Part shown: positions 35,881 through 47,844 of the stretch, in pieces
Numbering within the stretch: position 1 is the stretch's first letter
How the letters are laid out: each line of letters begins with the position of its first letter
Translations under genes and position numbers: made by a program
The notes under the pieces: model-generated
The model's input: the letters and a program-made list of their open reading frames with translations, nothing else
The model's database searches: none
Told to the model about the DNA's origin: nothing
Assembly (NCBI RefSeq): GCF_009834535.1
Contig: NC_045696.1
Location: 68,016,001 to 68,076,000, forward strand
Direction: 5' to 3'
DNA length: 60,000 bases
Origin: Camelus ferus
Lineage: Eukaryota

Positions 35881-37559
35881 CCATCACACCTACGCAACGT
35901 GCCGCACACCAGGCATTCACTGCAGACTGTGGATGCTGTGCAAATATTATACAGCAACATTTTGTATACTCTTAAGTCCGACCATAACTCTGTTTTTCAA
36001 GATAAAACTGTCTCTCCCCAAATGTCCACAAACATCCCTTCTGCCTAACAATGTTGCTCTGTCCCTGGCGATCAGACAGGCAGCAAGTCACCAATACCTT
36101 CCTCCCCAACTCAAGCCAGGCCTCAGGTGGGAGGAAATAACTGTCTAATATTTTTACATACAAACAGAATTTTTCCTCAGGCTAAGCCCGTCTCTAAACC
36201 CCACGGTGAGAAGTATTCCCCTGGGAAAGCAGCTGTCCACACCCAAAGGAAAGGAGCCTGCGCTCCCAGCCACATGTCCCGTCCCCAAGCAAGCCACCCA
36301 GCCCTCGGGACTCTGAGCCCCCCGTCCGCAGACAGAAATGCCACTCGCTCTGGCAATAATGATACTCACGCGCCGTCAGGCCCCACAGGCAGCCGGCCCT
36401 CCGCTGGCCCTCACTTGCTCTCACACACCCTGAGTCCCACGGCAAGGAGGTGGTCCCCAGGCCTGAGGGGAACAGCACTGAGACATTCTGTCCTCGGCTC
36501 CCAGAGCAAGGGGCAAAGGAATGGAGGGGGAGGGGCGGGGGGAGGGGGCGACTTTGTTTCTGGAAACAAGAATTCAAATCCTGCTTCTCCTAAACCCTGA
36601 GTCACCTCCTTCCCTTCCAATAGATCAGTGTGGTGGGTAAACATTTCCATATATGGAGAAGCAGGCTGGAGGAAGTCAGAAAAATCACCCTTCTCTCCTC
36701 TGGCACTTGAAGAGCATGCCCCACAGAAGACAGAATTCCTTACTCGGAGCAAATGATTAACCCCCAAAGAAGCAGGGTCTCAACTATTTCACAGGCTCTC
36801 CTGTTACAGGGGGAGGGCTCCCCTGCCCAGACAAGGAAGTCCCTGGTTTGAGAGGCTTTAAGTTCACCAGGAACGGGGCCATCTAGAATGAAGCTACATT
36901 TCTGAGGTCAATTTACTAACTCGAGGGAGGGGGAGGGATTCGGAAGATGCACCTGAAGAATCCAGCTCCCAGTTCTTTAGCGGCAGATGGGCCCTGAAAC
37001 ATCCCTCGGGCCCCAGCCCCTGACCCCCTTGGGCTGTAAGTTCTCTTGGGAACTTAATGTCCTGTGAGTTCTTTATAGGATAGACCCCAGGCAGGAAGAC
37101 CCAGGACAAAACCAGACTTCCAGAGAACACCGCAGGGGAGTGAAGGGACACAAGGGTGAGATGCCTGATTAAATGTATAAGATTATTCCCTTCTGTTTGT
37201 GAGATGAATGCCAATCTGAAGGTCCAGAAAAGCGTTTGATAACTGAATTGAACCAGTGAAGTCAATCAGGGATGAATTTGGTCTAAAATGACTCCAGACT
37301 TAATTAGAAGAGGAGAAAGGAGAAAGAGGTGAGATGCTGGGGGAAATGAGAATGTGGGGAGGAAGGGGTCTGTTCAGAGAGGGAATCCACATCTTGGCAT
37401 CCCAGTGGTTCTGTTTCTTAGCACGATCTTGTTCTCCTATTGTCCGCAAAGGCTTTCTGTGGGTCAGATGAGCCATTTTCCAGAATCATCACCCACTAGC
37501 TGGCTTTTGGGGCCCCAACATAAGGCTGCTTGTTCTTATCCCCAGAGGATTTCCAACAA

Positions 37560-37720
37560 ACAAAAAGCACTGGTCAGGGAGCCAGGGGTTCCAAGCCTTA
37601 CGTCCAGATCAGTCACTCCATAACACTTTGGATAAATCAGTTCTCCTCTTGCAACTTATTTTCTCTCATCTACAAACTGGGTAGATATCCCAAAATTGTC
37701 CAACTATGGGCTCTAAAAGC
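37560..37720 (+). mobile_element. MIR3-like fragment
   Basis: aaagcactggtcagggagccagg...ctttggataaatca...tctcatctacaaactggg. Confidence 0.65.
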
Positions 37721-38009
37721 AGCTTCTACCCAGGCTGTCGAAATAGTCCTGCCAGTAATTTTGATCACTTCTTTTCTATTTTTGCAAGTGTGCCACCAGT
37801 ACATGAAAAAATAGCAAGAATTTCTTATTTATTGCATGCTTAACAAATGAACACAAATATAAGTGACTATTCAATGACGTAAGGAAACAGGATCAGAAAA
37901 CCTTCCACCACGTGCCATAATCGGAACTCAGCACAGAATTCTTGCCACTGCAGTACTCCCAGGAGGCCCCAGCCGCAGGCTTGAAGACAGTAAAGAGATG
38001 GTCCTCATT

Positions 38010-38039
38010 GTTTTTTTTGTTTGTTTGTTTGTTTGTTTT
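38010..38039. repeat. T-run plus (GTTT)n
   Basis: Direct reading. Confidence 0.85.
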
Positions 38040-38559
38040 AATTTTCATTATAAACAAACCCTTGTGTTGAGGGCTAACTTTTAACAGACTGCAGCGAGGG
38101 AGCTGCTCTGCCACGTTCGAAACCCCGACCGAGATAGTCCTCATTTGTAACTGAGACGAGACCAGCCATCAGACTTGGCGGTTCTGTAGAAAGACTGTCC
38201 TTTCTTTAGGAGCTCAGAGTCCCTTTCGGTATTCTAACAGGAGCATTTCCGTAGAGGAAAGAGCTATGCCATGGGACATAGCAGCCCAGGGATGGCCTGG
38301 GAACTCTGAAACAACCAAGGTCCAAGGAGGGAGCTGCAGGGAGAGGCATATAAACCAGAAAGGAAGGTCTACAGCCACCCTGCGCTTTGCTAACAGCATG
38401 TGAAGATCAGTCTCCACATCCGTAAAAGGGCCCTTCAGCCCTTAACGCATATGTGAATTTCTTCCTCTTGACCACTAAGCACCCCTGGCTCTGGGACCTC
38501 AAGAGCCATAAAGGTCGCTGAACCCAATGTCCCTCCTACTTATGAATCCCCATGGCATC

Positions 38560-38730
38560 CCCGAGGTCTCCATGAGGTGGAGATCATTATCTCCTGCAGC
38601 TGTAAATTCCATCTTTCCAACAGAAAGTTCTTCCTTATATGGAAAGAAATATGGCTCCTGGGCCTTCAACCTCTGGCTCCTTGTTCCGCCTCTTCGAACC
38701 ATGCAAACAGCTTATGTCTATCTCACGGGT
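38560..38730 (-). mobile_element. L3/CR1 remnant
   Basis: ttccatcttt...agaaagttcttccttatat...ttcaacctctggctccttgttccgcctc; RKNF motif on the minus strand. Confidence 0.6.
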
Positions 38731-39414
38731 TTGGAATTTTTGTCAGTGAATTTCGGATATAGGAATGAAGTTATCCAAGATCTTATCCCTTGGTCACTCA
38801 GGCTGCTTCCTGATCACATCACACCACTAACTCCTAACGTATCTGTTGCCAACTTGAGATCCACCCTTTTTGGGTTTTTCCAGTAAGTGTTCGTGCTACA
38901 CCACCCATTCTGCACATGTACGGCTGGCCTTGTGCGTTCACAAGACATACTCTATTAAATCCCGGTCATTGAGAAAAGAGAGAACACGGACCTTCGAGAT
39001 CAGTTCTTCATCCACCTCAACCCCATCACTCACACCACATTCCCACCCTTTGTGGACGAAGCTCAGGAATGCAGACCCCACTCCCAGTTCCGCTCTCCTT
39101 CTCCCCAGCCCCGCCGGACCTGAAACTGTCTCCAGGATACAAGGCTGTTCCAAGGAGCATTAAGAGAGAGCTCTGTAGGAAAAGAGGACCCTGCCAACAA
39201 AAGTGCTCTCAGAACATCAAAGTGGCCTGCAGGCAGGGCAGCAGGGACAACTTGCTGATCATAGGGCGGGGAGCTCGGGATCCCTGACAACCATTCTGGA
39301 CCTCAGTGTCCTTGCAAAAGGGGAGGGGGAGCAGGAAGTGTTCTTTCCTGCCACAGTTCTGATATGGCACTATTTGGATTTAAGGTGCATGCAGTAATGA
39401 TGTCTCAGATGAGC

Positions 39415-39572
39415 AGCATCCTTCACTGTTTAGCAAATAAATGCTTTCCCAGACAGTCTCATCTAATCTCTACAGACATCTCCCACCTAGAGGTTTAGAC
39501 CCAATGAAATGATAGGAAAACTGAGGCTCAGAGAGGTTAACTGTATTTCCAAAGTCACGCTGACAATAAGTA
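39415..39572 (-). mobile_element. MIR fragment
   Basis: ggaaaactgaggctcagagaggttaactgtatttccaaagtcac. Confidence 0.8.
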
Positions 39573-39822
39573 GTAAAAAGAACATTGATTTAAGAGTTAA
39601 ACTATTTAAGATTCCACTTCCAATTCTGCCACAGACGAAATGTATGAACCCTGGCCAACTGTTTGAACTTTTCTAAACCTCAGTTTCTACACCTGAAAAT
39701 TAGAGATTAAAGTAGCCCCTCTGCCTACCTCTCAGAGCAGTTATGAGGATCAAATGAGATAATTCCAGTGAAAGCCGTCTGGAAAACCAGGAGGCGTTAC
39801 AAAAGCGTAGGAGATTATTGTG
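39573..39822 (+). mobile_element. MIR (MIRc-like), near full length
   Basis: tctaaacctcagtttctacacctgaaaat...ctgcctacctctcagagcagttatgaggatcaaatgagataat. Confidence 0.8.
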
Positions 39823-40859
39823 TGATTACTTGTCAATGACTGTGCATCCCATTACAAATACACAAAGCAGTGAGGTCATTCTCAAGACAAAGAAACATTA
39901 AGGCTCTGGGAATTGAAGGAAAATGATTCAATGTTCTAAGGGTTTTGTCTATATGCTCTTCACTCGTGCAGCTGAAACTCAGCAGCAACTGTCAGATTTT
40001 CAGCCGCCAAGTCACAAATGTCTAAAGGACCACTCAAGACAAACTCTCCTTTTTCAAATGCAGGGCCAAAAGGAGGTAACAGAGATGGGCGTTGGGAAGA
40101 CCCCCTGAGAGTCTCGGTTCCGGAAACGTGACCTGCCGTGTTTTCCTTGGAGAAGTTGTTAGAAACACAGGCTCCAGTCTCTCTGCAACAAGCCCGTGGG
40201 GAAATAAACCTACCGTCCAGAGCTATTTACCAGAGAGCACGAAGAAAGCTCCCGAGCATGAATTAATCAAGGGCACAGGATATTTCAAGTTGCAGATTCC
40301 AAAAGAAATCTCCAACCCATTAAAGTCAGCCTGGCTCACAGAGGCTCCGCCTGGAGTTCAGGGAGCCCAAGCAGCAGGGAAGCACATGTACATGCTGGAG
40401 GTCCCGCGGCAGGGCACCAGGAGGACAGAGGGCACCCAGGAAGCTCTGAGAGCCCAGGTCCGGCTTCCCTCAGGGCTCTCCCGACACGCTACGCATCAGG
40501 ATTCTCTTCAACATCTGCAAAGACCCAAGACATTAAGGTCATTTAGGAGGGGCCAGGCCTTCCCCAGAAATCCAACCCCAAGGCTGATGAGTGCACAGCT
40601 CAGTGAGGACTGTTTTCCGGTTTGCATTTTTTCATGTTTCCCTGTGCTTAACATTGGAGAAAGGCACTAAATCAGTGTGTCGCCTAGATGTGCAATTCCA
40701 GCCATAAGTGAGTGCCTGCATCCTCAGGGATGCTACGGCAAAGGGCTGTGAGATGCACACAACTTCAAGGAGCTCACAAACGTGGAAGACAAAGGCTGAC
40801 CGTAACCCAGGACAAGAGACTTCAGTAGGGTTCCCCTCCATGGGAGGGACGGACTTCTG

Positions 40860-41190
40860 GGCCAGCTATTAAAAGAGGGTAGGACAGGACAGGGAAAAGG
40901 GGAGGCAAAGGAATAAAGGACATTCCAGGCAAAGGAAAGATTTGAGCCCAGGCAATAAGGAACTATGTCCCGTGAACAGCAAGCTTAGAGGATATGCGGG
41001 CCACTGGCAGAAGAGGTGGGCAGGTGGGTAGAGACAAGCACAGGAAGCCAGCAAGGTAAACTGAAGCCAAATGACTGTTGTAGGCTGGGGTAACTGGATT
41101 CCATTTCTAGAAGCAGAGTGGTTTTTTTTTTTGAGAAGCCATCTCTGATCACACCATTGGTCAGACTTAAAAATTAATCTCTTTGGCTCC
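40860..41190 (-). mobile_element. L2 fragment
   Basis: aaggacattccaggcaaaggaa...agccaaatgactgttgtaggct...cagacttaaaaattaatctctttggct. Confidence 0.5.
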
Positions 41191-41199
41191 TCATGGCTA

Positions 41200-41440
41200 G
41201 ATAACAACAATAGCAACTACAATGTCTTTAATCTATGCTGAGCACTGTGCTCAGTAGGCTGCAGACACCGTCCCGTTTAATCCCACCAGCAGCCCTGTGG
41301 ACTGGGCAGCCTGGCTCCCTAACACAGAGGAGGAAATGAAGGCTTAAAGAAAAAGTAAACTGTGCCAGTCTTAGACATAGGAAGTGCAAAAGGCCAGGCT
41401 TAACTAACTCACAGTGCAGATGCAACCCCTTGCAACTCTA
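41200..41440 (-). mobile_element. MIR
   Basis: ataacaacaatagcaac...gcactgtgct...tttaatcccaccagcagccctgtg...acagaggaggaaatgaaggctta. Confidence 0.7.
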
Positions 41441-42024
41441 GACTGAGCTCTCTAATTTCTAACCCTCTTTGCTATTGTCCAGGCCCTCCCCAACCCATTT
41501 CTAGGAGATAGACTCATCCTCACTATCATACATAATAATCCTGTATAACAAACGTAACGATCACCAAAAATAGTTGACAAAATTCCTTATTTGCTTCCAT
41601 CTCCCCACGAAGCCTGTGGAATCAGGAAACTTGCCTGTGTTCTCAGCGCTGTGCACACAGTGGACAATCAATACTTGCACGTTATTCAGTTAGACAATGT
41701 CTTTGAAGGTTCGGCCAGGAAAATAACACAGTACTGGCTGTAATTTCTACTCCCTTCTGCATGGAAATGGAAGTGATCTCAACAAGGGTCCCAAGGCCCA
41801 AAGGGGAGATGTAGCCAAGTTAAAAGATAGCAGTCAGAGCCATTCAGGCGCTGCATGACCTTGAACCTGCTGCGGTGTTCCCGAGGTGCTTCCCCTCAGA
41901 GGGAAGTGGACAGAACACACATTTCCTTGAAAAAGAGAAAGCGCGCCTGAACCCTCACAACTGTGACTTGTGCTAAGAAGCCACTTTGCCTTCAGCCTTA
42001 GTGCGAGGATAAACTGGGCTAGCA

Positions 42025-42256
42025 CAGTGGTTTTCAAACTTTCGCCCCCCCGGCAGTGAAGCTTTTCCTTTAAGCAAAATGCTTTGCAGGTGCTTAGCTT
42101 GTAACAAAGATAAAAGCCGAGCTGCTAAGCCTGGGCTCCAGAGCCCTCTTCCCTCCTACTATTCTGCCCCCTCGTCACCTCCCCACCCCACACTCCAACC
42201 CCAAAGCCCCTCTCAGAGTCTCCCAGGCTCAGAGGAGCACAGCTTGAAAGCCTGCA
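42025..42256. mobile_element. MER103-like hAT-Charlie MITE
   Basis: Starts cagtggttttcaaact; internal agataaaagccgagctgct; ends ggagcacagcttgaaa. Confidence 0.65.
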
Positions 42257-42357
42257 GCCTCTGAGCACTTCACAGTCCCTTCCAGCTCTGATTCTGGTAA
42301 CCTCCGAGGTCTGAGATGTTCCTCCTTGCCAGGTAGCTCTGCATTTTCAGCAACGAG

Positions 42358-42600
42358 ACAGGCAATACATAGTGTAACCGGGAAGAAAGAGGTCTCGAAT
42401 CAGAAAACCTGGATGATAATCTGTTTAGAACCTGTGTTCTCACACACACAAGTTATTTATTTAAATATTGCTAAGCCTCATTTTTCTCATCTATAAAATA
42501 GGAAATAATACTGTTATCGACTTAATAAGGCTTTTATGAGAATTAACTAATTATTAAATATGCATGAGTTGCTGAGTAGAATGCAACAAAAATACTGGGC
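42358..42600 (+). mobile_element. MIR
   Basis: ctaagcctcatttttctcatctataaaataggaaataata...gcttttatgagaattaa. Confidence 0.75.
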
Positions 42601-42919
42601 TATGACTACTTCATCTATAAATGTATCTAAGCCCACAGATGGAAAAGCAGGTAGCACTGTGTCCAGGGCAAAGAAGATGCTCAGTCAGTGACAGGGGTCC
42701 ATTTCTTCCCTTCCTTGCTCTCTTGGACATTTTCAATCTAAATAAACAATCTGACGGCAACAGAGAGCTGGAGGGAAGGATGCATTTTGTGTCCTCAGCA
42801 CTGTGGACACAAATTCCCTGTAACTCATTTTTCAAAATCTTACATCTTGCCTCTGGAAACTTTGAAACTCATGGCCATCTTAGGCCTCCAAGGATGTCAA
42901 CCAAGACAGTCCAGGTTGG

Positions 42920-43200
42920 AGAAAGTGGGTCTGAGAAAACCAGTGACCTAGGTCATGGGTACAAAAGAACATGTCAGATCTGGCATCCCAGCACCTGGCT
43001 TCCACACCGACCAGTTTAGTGGCTGGAGAAATCCCACCTGCTCTCTGGGCCTCAATTTCCTGGTCTGTAAAATAGAGATGAGACCCATCCCGCCTTCTGC
43101 CTCCCCGTGATGTTATATAGAGCCAAGGAGTTACTGGGTGTGAAAACTCTTGACAGCTTCACAGCTCTATACCTGTACAAGTAATATCATTTGTATTACA
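42920..43200. mobile_element. Adjacent MIR fragments (minus at 42920-43010, plus at 43020-43200)
   Basis: gtctgagaaaaccagtgacctaggtcat; ctctctgggcctcaatttcctggtctgtaaaatagagatg. Confidence 0.6.
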
Positions 43201-43769
43201 ACCGTAAGTAAAAAGTTGAACCACTGAAAAAAATAACTTAGAATGTGCCCAAAACTTGAGAATTACCCTATCCTGAGGCCCCTGCTCCAGCTACAAGATT
43301 CCCTGTCTCTCACCCAAGTTTTGTCCCAGGTTCCCTGAACATCCTGAGGGTGCTGCCAGATTAACCCCCAACTTCACAGCTTTTCCAGCCAACCCCTCAT
43401 CAGTGCTGTGAACTGCACTCAGGCCAGCACTCAGGGCCTCCAGGACGAGCCTCAACCCATCTTTCCAGCCACATCTCCTATGACATTTGCGGGGTGAATC
43501 ACTGGCTCCAGGGAAGAGTGTACACCCAGTTTCCCCCAAGTCCAAAAATGTGGACTCCATACTTCCCCCCATGGGCATGCCTCCAAATCTGAGTGCAAGA
43601 TCTCCTTACTGTGCAGTGGGGAAGAGGGACCCTTGGGAGTGTCCTGCGATCCGAGTGTGGTCAGCAGTGTTTTCACTGTCCCATCCTTTCTCTAAAGATG
43701 GTCCCACCAATTACTGGTCCATAAATACCCACATCATGATAAGAAGAAACATTTCTGTATTTCTTTGTA

Positions 43770-43950
43770 AACAAAGCTCTTCACATGCTCCTCTTTTTAA
43801 ATGCTTAATGTGAGATATGAGCATGACACCCATTTCACAAACTGAGGACCCTGAGGGCCCAGAACACAGTCAGCAGCTGAGCTGACAGCCAAGCCCAGGG
43901 CTTTGGCTCCAGAGCTCTGCACCACACTCTCCCCCAGGAGCAGAGTGCAA
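43770..43950 (-). mobile_element. MIR
   Basis: cccatttcacaaactgagg...aacacagtcagcag...gcccagggctttggctccagagctct. Confidence 0.6.
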
Positions 43951-44799
43951 CTGAAACCCTGGTAGAAGAGGTGCCGGCCTCCCAGCCAGCTCACTGCATG
44001 GCCCAGGGCACCTCACTTTCCTTCTCTGAGCCATAAAACGAGGGCTCTGAGGTCATCCTTCACATCTGCACGCCCCTCTCTTTCCCCTTGAAAGACTTCA
44101 GAAGGGAAACCTTAGAGAGAAACTAGCAAGGTAATGTCTTACCTATGTGTTTGGTCAATTCCATCCCGAGCTTTCCCTCCCAAAAGCCCAAGCTCATCCC
44201 AAAAGAAGGAAGAGGGACTGACCCGAGTGTCAAAAAGCCACCACGACTTAGGACAGCAGCATCACCACGCACACCGGCAAGCCGCTCCCCAAGAACCACT
44301 GCGGTCATGGTCACAGCTCATGAGCCTTGTCAGCAAACTGCTGGTTTGTTTGGCAATTTTTAATAAGCTCAAGATGCACAAGCATCTTAATGCAGACTGC
44401 ACAGTGCACGCCCTACCCGCCTCACAGCCTGTGGGCTCCACAAGGGAGGGCGATGGAAAAACCCCTCTTTCCTTCAAGATTCTGGAGACACTAGCTTCTC
44501 TCTTTAGCACAGGCAACTACAACTGCTGCCTGACCACAGCACTCTCTCCTGGACGTAGAGACAGCATCTCTGCAGCAGGCTGCCATCCCTCTCCGGCTAG
44601 CCGCCTCAAGTCCAAATGCTGACTGCCAGGCTGTCCCGGGACCACAGGTACCTAGATCTGGCAAAACTCATGCAGCAACTGGTCCAACTCCTGTAAATGA
44701 TTTGTCTGGGGCATTCATTCAATCAGAAAGCTTCACTGATGTCCCCTTAATGCACAGCAAGAGGATGAGGCTACGTTTCTGCTCTCAAGGGCTCTGTAC

Positions 44800-45515
44800 C
44801 AACATCTTAAGTGGCTTCCCAATGGCCACGGAATAAGTCCAAGTACTTTACCTAATATCTCAAGTTTATCAATAACTCAGACTCAGTCTTCTATTTCCAC
44901 TATAAAGTACCCCCGCTGCCACCAGCACATATTCTTTTCAGACTGAACTCTTAGTTCTTGTTGCCTTTGCTTGACCTACTACCCTTCCCCACGCCAAGGT
45001 CAAATACAGATAACCTATACCTCTCTCAAGGCCTACCGAACGTTCTCAACAGGAATGCTGATAGTTCTCAACTTGGAAGCAAAGCAGTTATTTGTTCAGT
45101 GTCTCAGATGGTACAGGATACCCAGCATCTCTAGCCCGACCACTAAATGACAGTGGTGGTCTGGCCTCCAGCACCGAGACAACAAAAAACACTCCATCAC
45201 ATTCACAGATACCGCTTAAAAGTGATGTTGCTGACCCCGACGGAGAATCACCCCCACAATGTCACCGGCATGAAACCTCCCTTGCGTCTCAGTCCCGCCA
45301 GAACAGCCTCTCTTCCCTGAACGTGCTCAGCCTGCTATCTAGGACATCGATCGTGACCTTCCTTGGGGTTCTCACCATGTACTTGACATATCCCCTTTCC
45401 AGGGAGGCCTCCCATTGGGAGAATCCTTGACTTATCTCTGCCCACACTGCCAAATCTAGCCTGGCATCAGGCTCATAGTAAGTGTTTAATAAACATTTAT
45501 GAACAAATTATGTAA
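44800..45515 (+). mobile_element. L2 fragments (44800-45080 and ~45300-45515)
   Basis: agtggcttcccaatggccacggaataagtccaa...gcctttgc; ...gcctggcatcaggctcatagtaagtgtttaataaacatttatgaa. Confidence 0.55.
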
Positions 45516-45807
45516 ACAAGACAACAGTCCAGGGCATGACTCTCAGGAGGAGAGCAAATTGAGCTGGAAAATTACAAATCAGCCGAACGAAGGAGAACTG
45601 TCAAAACGAAGGAGAACTCATCTCAGAAACTGAGATTGAGCAAATGGCCTGTTTTTCGGAATAGTAAGTATATTAATGTTATACGTTGCATATAAATAAA
45701 CAAATATTAAGTAGAATAGTATACCTATTATATTACGGTATTATAGTTAATTGTACATATTAAGTATTTGGGGATGATAACTCTGGGTATTTTTTAATGA
45801 GCATATC

Positions 45808-46318
45808 GGTAGCAGATATATTCTCTCAGTTGGCTCAATCGGAGTTCCCTTACACCCTCTAAAGTGCCTTCCTGCAGCACAGAAGCAGACTACTAAAAAC
45901 TCCATTTCCCACGCTGCCTTGAAGCTAGTAAATTAGGTTCCAGCAATAAAATGCACTTGTGTGAGACTCAGAAGCTGGAAGGGAAGCTAAGTCCTCCTGC
46001 TGCTCTTTCTTCTGGCAAGCAGCACCTTGGAATCGTGAGTCAAAATGCCACTCCGTCTGGCAGTCTCACGTTCTCCACCAAGTATAAGGATCCTGAGAAA
46101 AGTGTCAAAGGTCTCGGCAGGGCTTCATAACCCGTCTTCCTTAACTCTGGATTGTGGCCCTGGAATAAATTCTTAACTCAGTTGGTACAGATGTAGCCTC
46201 CTGGCTTCCACTGCTCCAGCCTTTCCAACAATTTTGTTAGCATCTCTTTCCCTGAATGAATCCCTTTCTGTTTGAAATTATGTGGCATTTCTTTCCTCCA
46301 TTTAAGCCTGGACAGGCA
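45808..46318 (+). mobile_element. LTR33-like (ERVL) solo LTR
   Basis: gtagcagatat...ctaaaaactccatttccca...ttaggttccagcaataaaatgcacttgtgtgaga...cagcctttccaacaattttgttagca...aatccctttctgtttgaaat. Confidence 0.75.
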
Positions 46319-46734
46319 GGAAGGGGAGAAAAATCAATAGATCAGTTAATTGACCATCTATTCGTCTAGTTCTGATCTGCTCAGGTAAGACCTATCCCTG
46401 TCTGCACCTAAGACCTTCTCCCTTGCCTCTGTGAAGGGGAGAAAAACACTCTCACTCTGCTGTGTTGAGCCAAACGGACCTAAGGGACGTGAGGAGCAGT
46501 GCCATAAACTAAGCAGAACGACACCGAGTAGTGTGTGATCAACAGAAACTCTAATTCCTATAAAACAAAGCATGCTTCTAGCATGATGACTGACTCTTTG
46601 CTGAGAATTTCTGGCATGACCTCTTTGTTTTCCAGATCTGCCACTGAACACTTCAGTACCTCAAAGGCATACCGGCTGCACACCTGGCCCATCTGCTCTG
46701 TGCAGCCCCACAGAGTAGGCCTCCAGGGATGTCT

Positions 46735-47070
46735 GTTCTGTCCTTGTCTCCTTATTTATAAAATAAGGATAAAAACAGTACCTTTCCCATAGGTTTGTTG
46801 AGAGGATTAAGTGAATCACTATGAAGCCGGCAGCTACAACAGTGACTGGTGCACAATTGCGTACTAAGTGTCACCTGGTGTGTAACCTAGAAGCTGACTT
46901 AGGGCACAGGTCTCAGTCCTGTTTTACAAATGAGGCAACCGAGACAGATTCTATGACTTTCCCAAGGTCAGATGGCTGGGGAGCAAGGGGCGGAGGCAGA
47001 ATCCAAATCCAGCTCCATGGCCTCCCACCGAATCTGAAGCTCTCTGAACCTCGGCATCCTGCTTGCTAAT
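46735..47070. mobile_element. Tail-to-tail MIR pair (plus at 46735-46875, minus at 46910-47070)
   Basis: tataaaataaggataaaaacagtacctttcccataggtttgttgagaggattaagtga; ttttacaaatgaggcaaccgagacaga...tgactttcccaaggtca. Confidence 0.75.
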
Positions 47071-47844
47071 ATGCACACCTAATGGAAAAAGGCATTAAAC
47101 GGGAGGAGGAAGAACAGCCCAGACAGAACAGGGCTGGACCTCAGGAGCTCTCTGGGCATCACAGGATAAGACCAATGTCATAAGCCCTGCCCTTCAGCAC
47201 AGTCAGCTCCTGTGGGTAAAATTAGCTCAGCTCTGCTCCAGTGCTGCCTGGAGCCCCGAGGCAAGACTCACCCCAGGCACAGCACGACCTCACCTGACCC
47301 TCACTCCCAGGAAGGGTCGCTCATGCACCTCATTAGGGCCTGAGATGACTCATTTTTCTCTTTCCATCGCTGGCTGCTGAGGTCACCTCTCTGCTCTCCA
47401 GAAATGCAGCTCCAGAGGAGAGGTAAAGATAAGATGCAAGCAACCATCCTGCGTTCCTTCCCTCCAGGGCAAGGACGGCGTGCCTGCCTGCCACGCCAGC
47501 TGTGCGCTCGGGGAAGGAGGCTCTGCTGGGTTATACAGCCCCGCCCAGGACCAAAGACAGGCACTGGCCCAGATGGACCCCTGAGATTGCCCTCCTTATT
47601 TCACTCCAGTGATGGTGGTATTGACCAGGGAGGGGGCCGTTCCACATTCCTGTGTGCTGTAGAACGTGGCACACTGATGATGACCACCAGGGTCTCCTCT
47701 GCATCCTCCTAACCCAGTGCCACCAGACTTGCAGGCAGAGCTCAAAGGCCGCCTCTCCTGGGGGCTTCCTTGCTCCCATCCCTACCTGGCTGGAATTCCC
47801 ATCACAACTTCCACAATGCCTTGTCTCTGCCCTTTTTTATTTAG

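Noticed and set aside
40092..40670. Longest ORF (192 aa, + strand)
   Set aside because: Non-ATG start, no recognisable domain, no convincing splice or polyA context; such lengths arise by chance in GC-richer DNA
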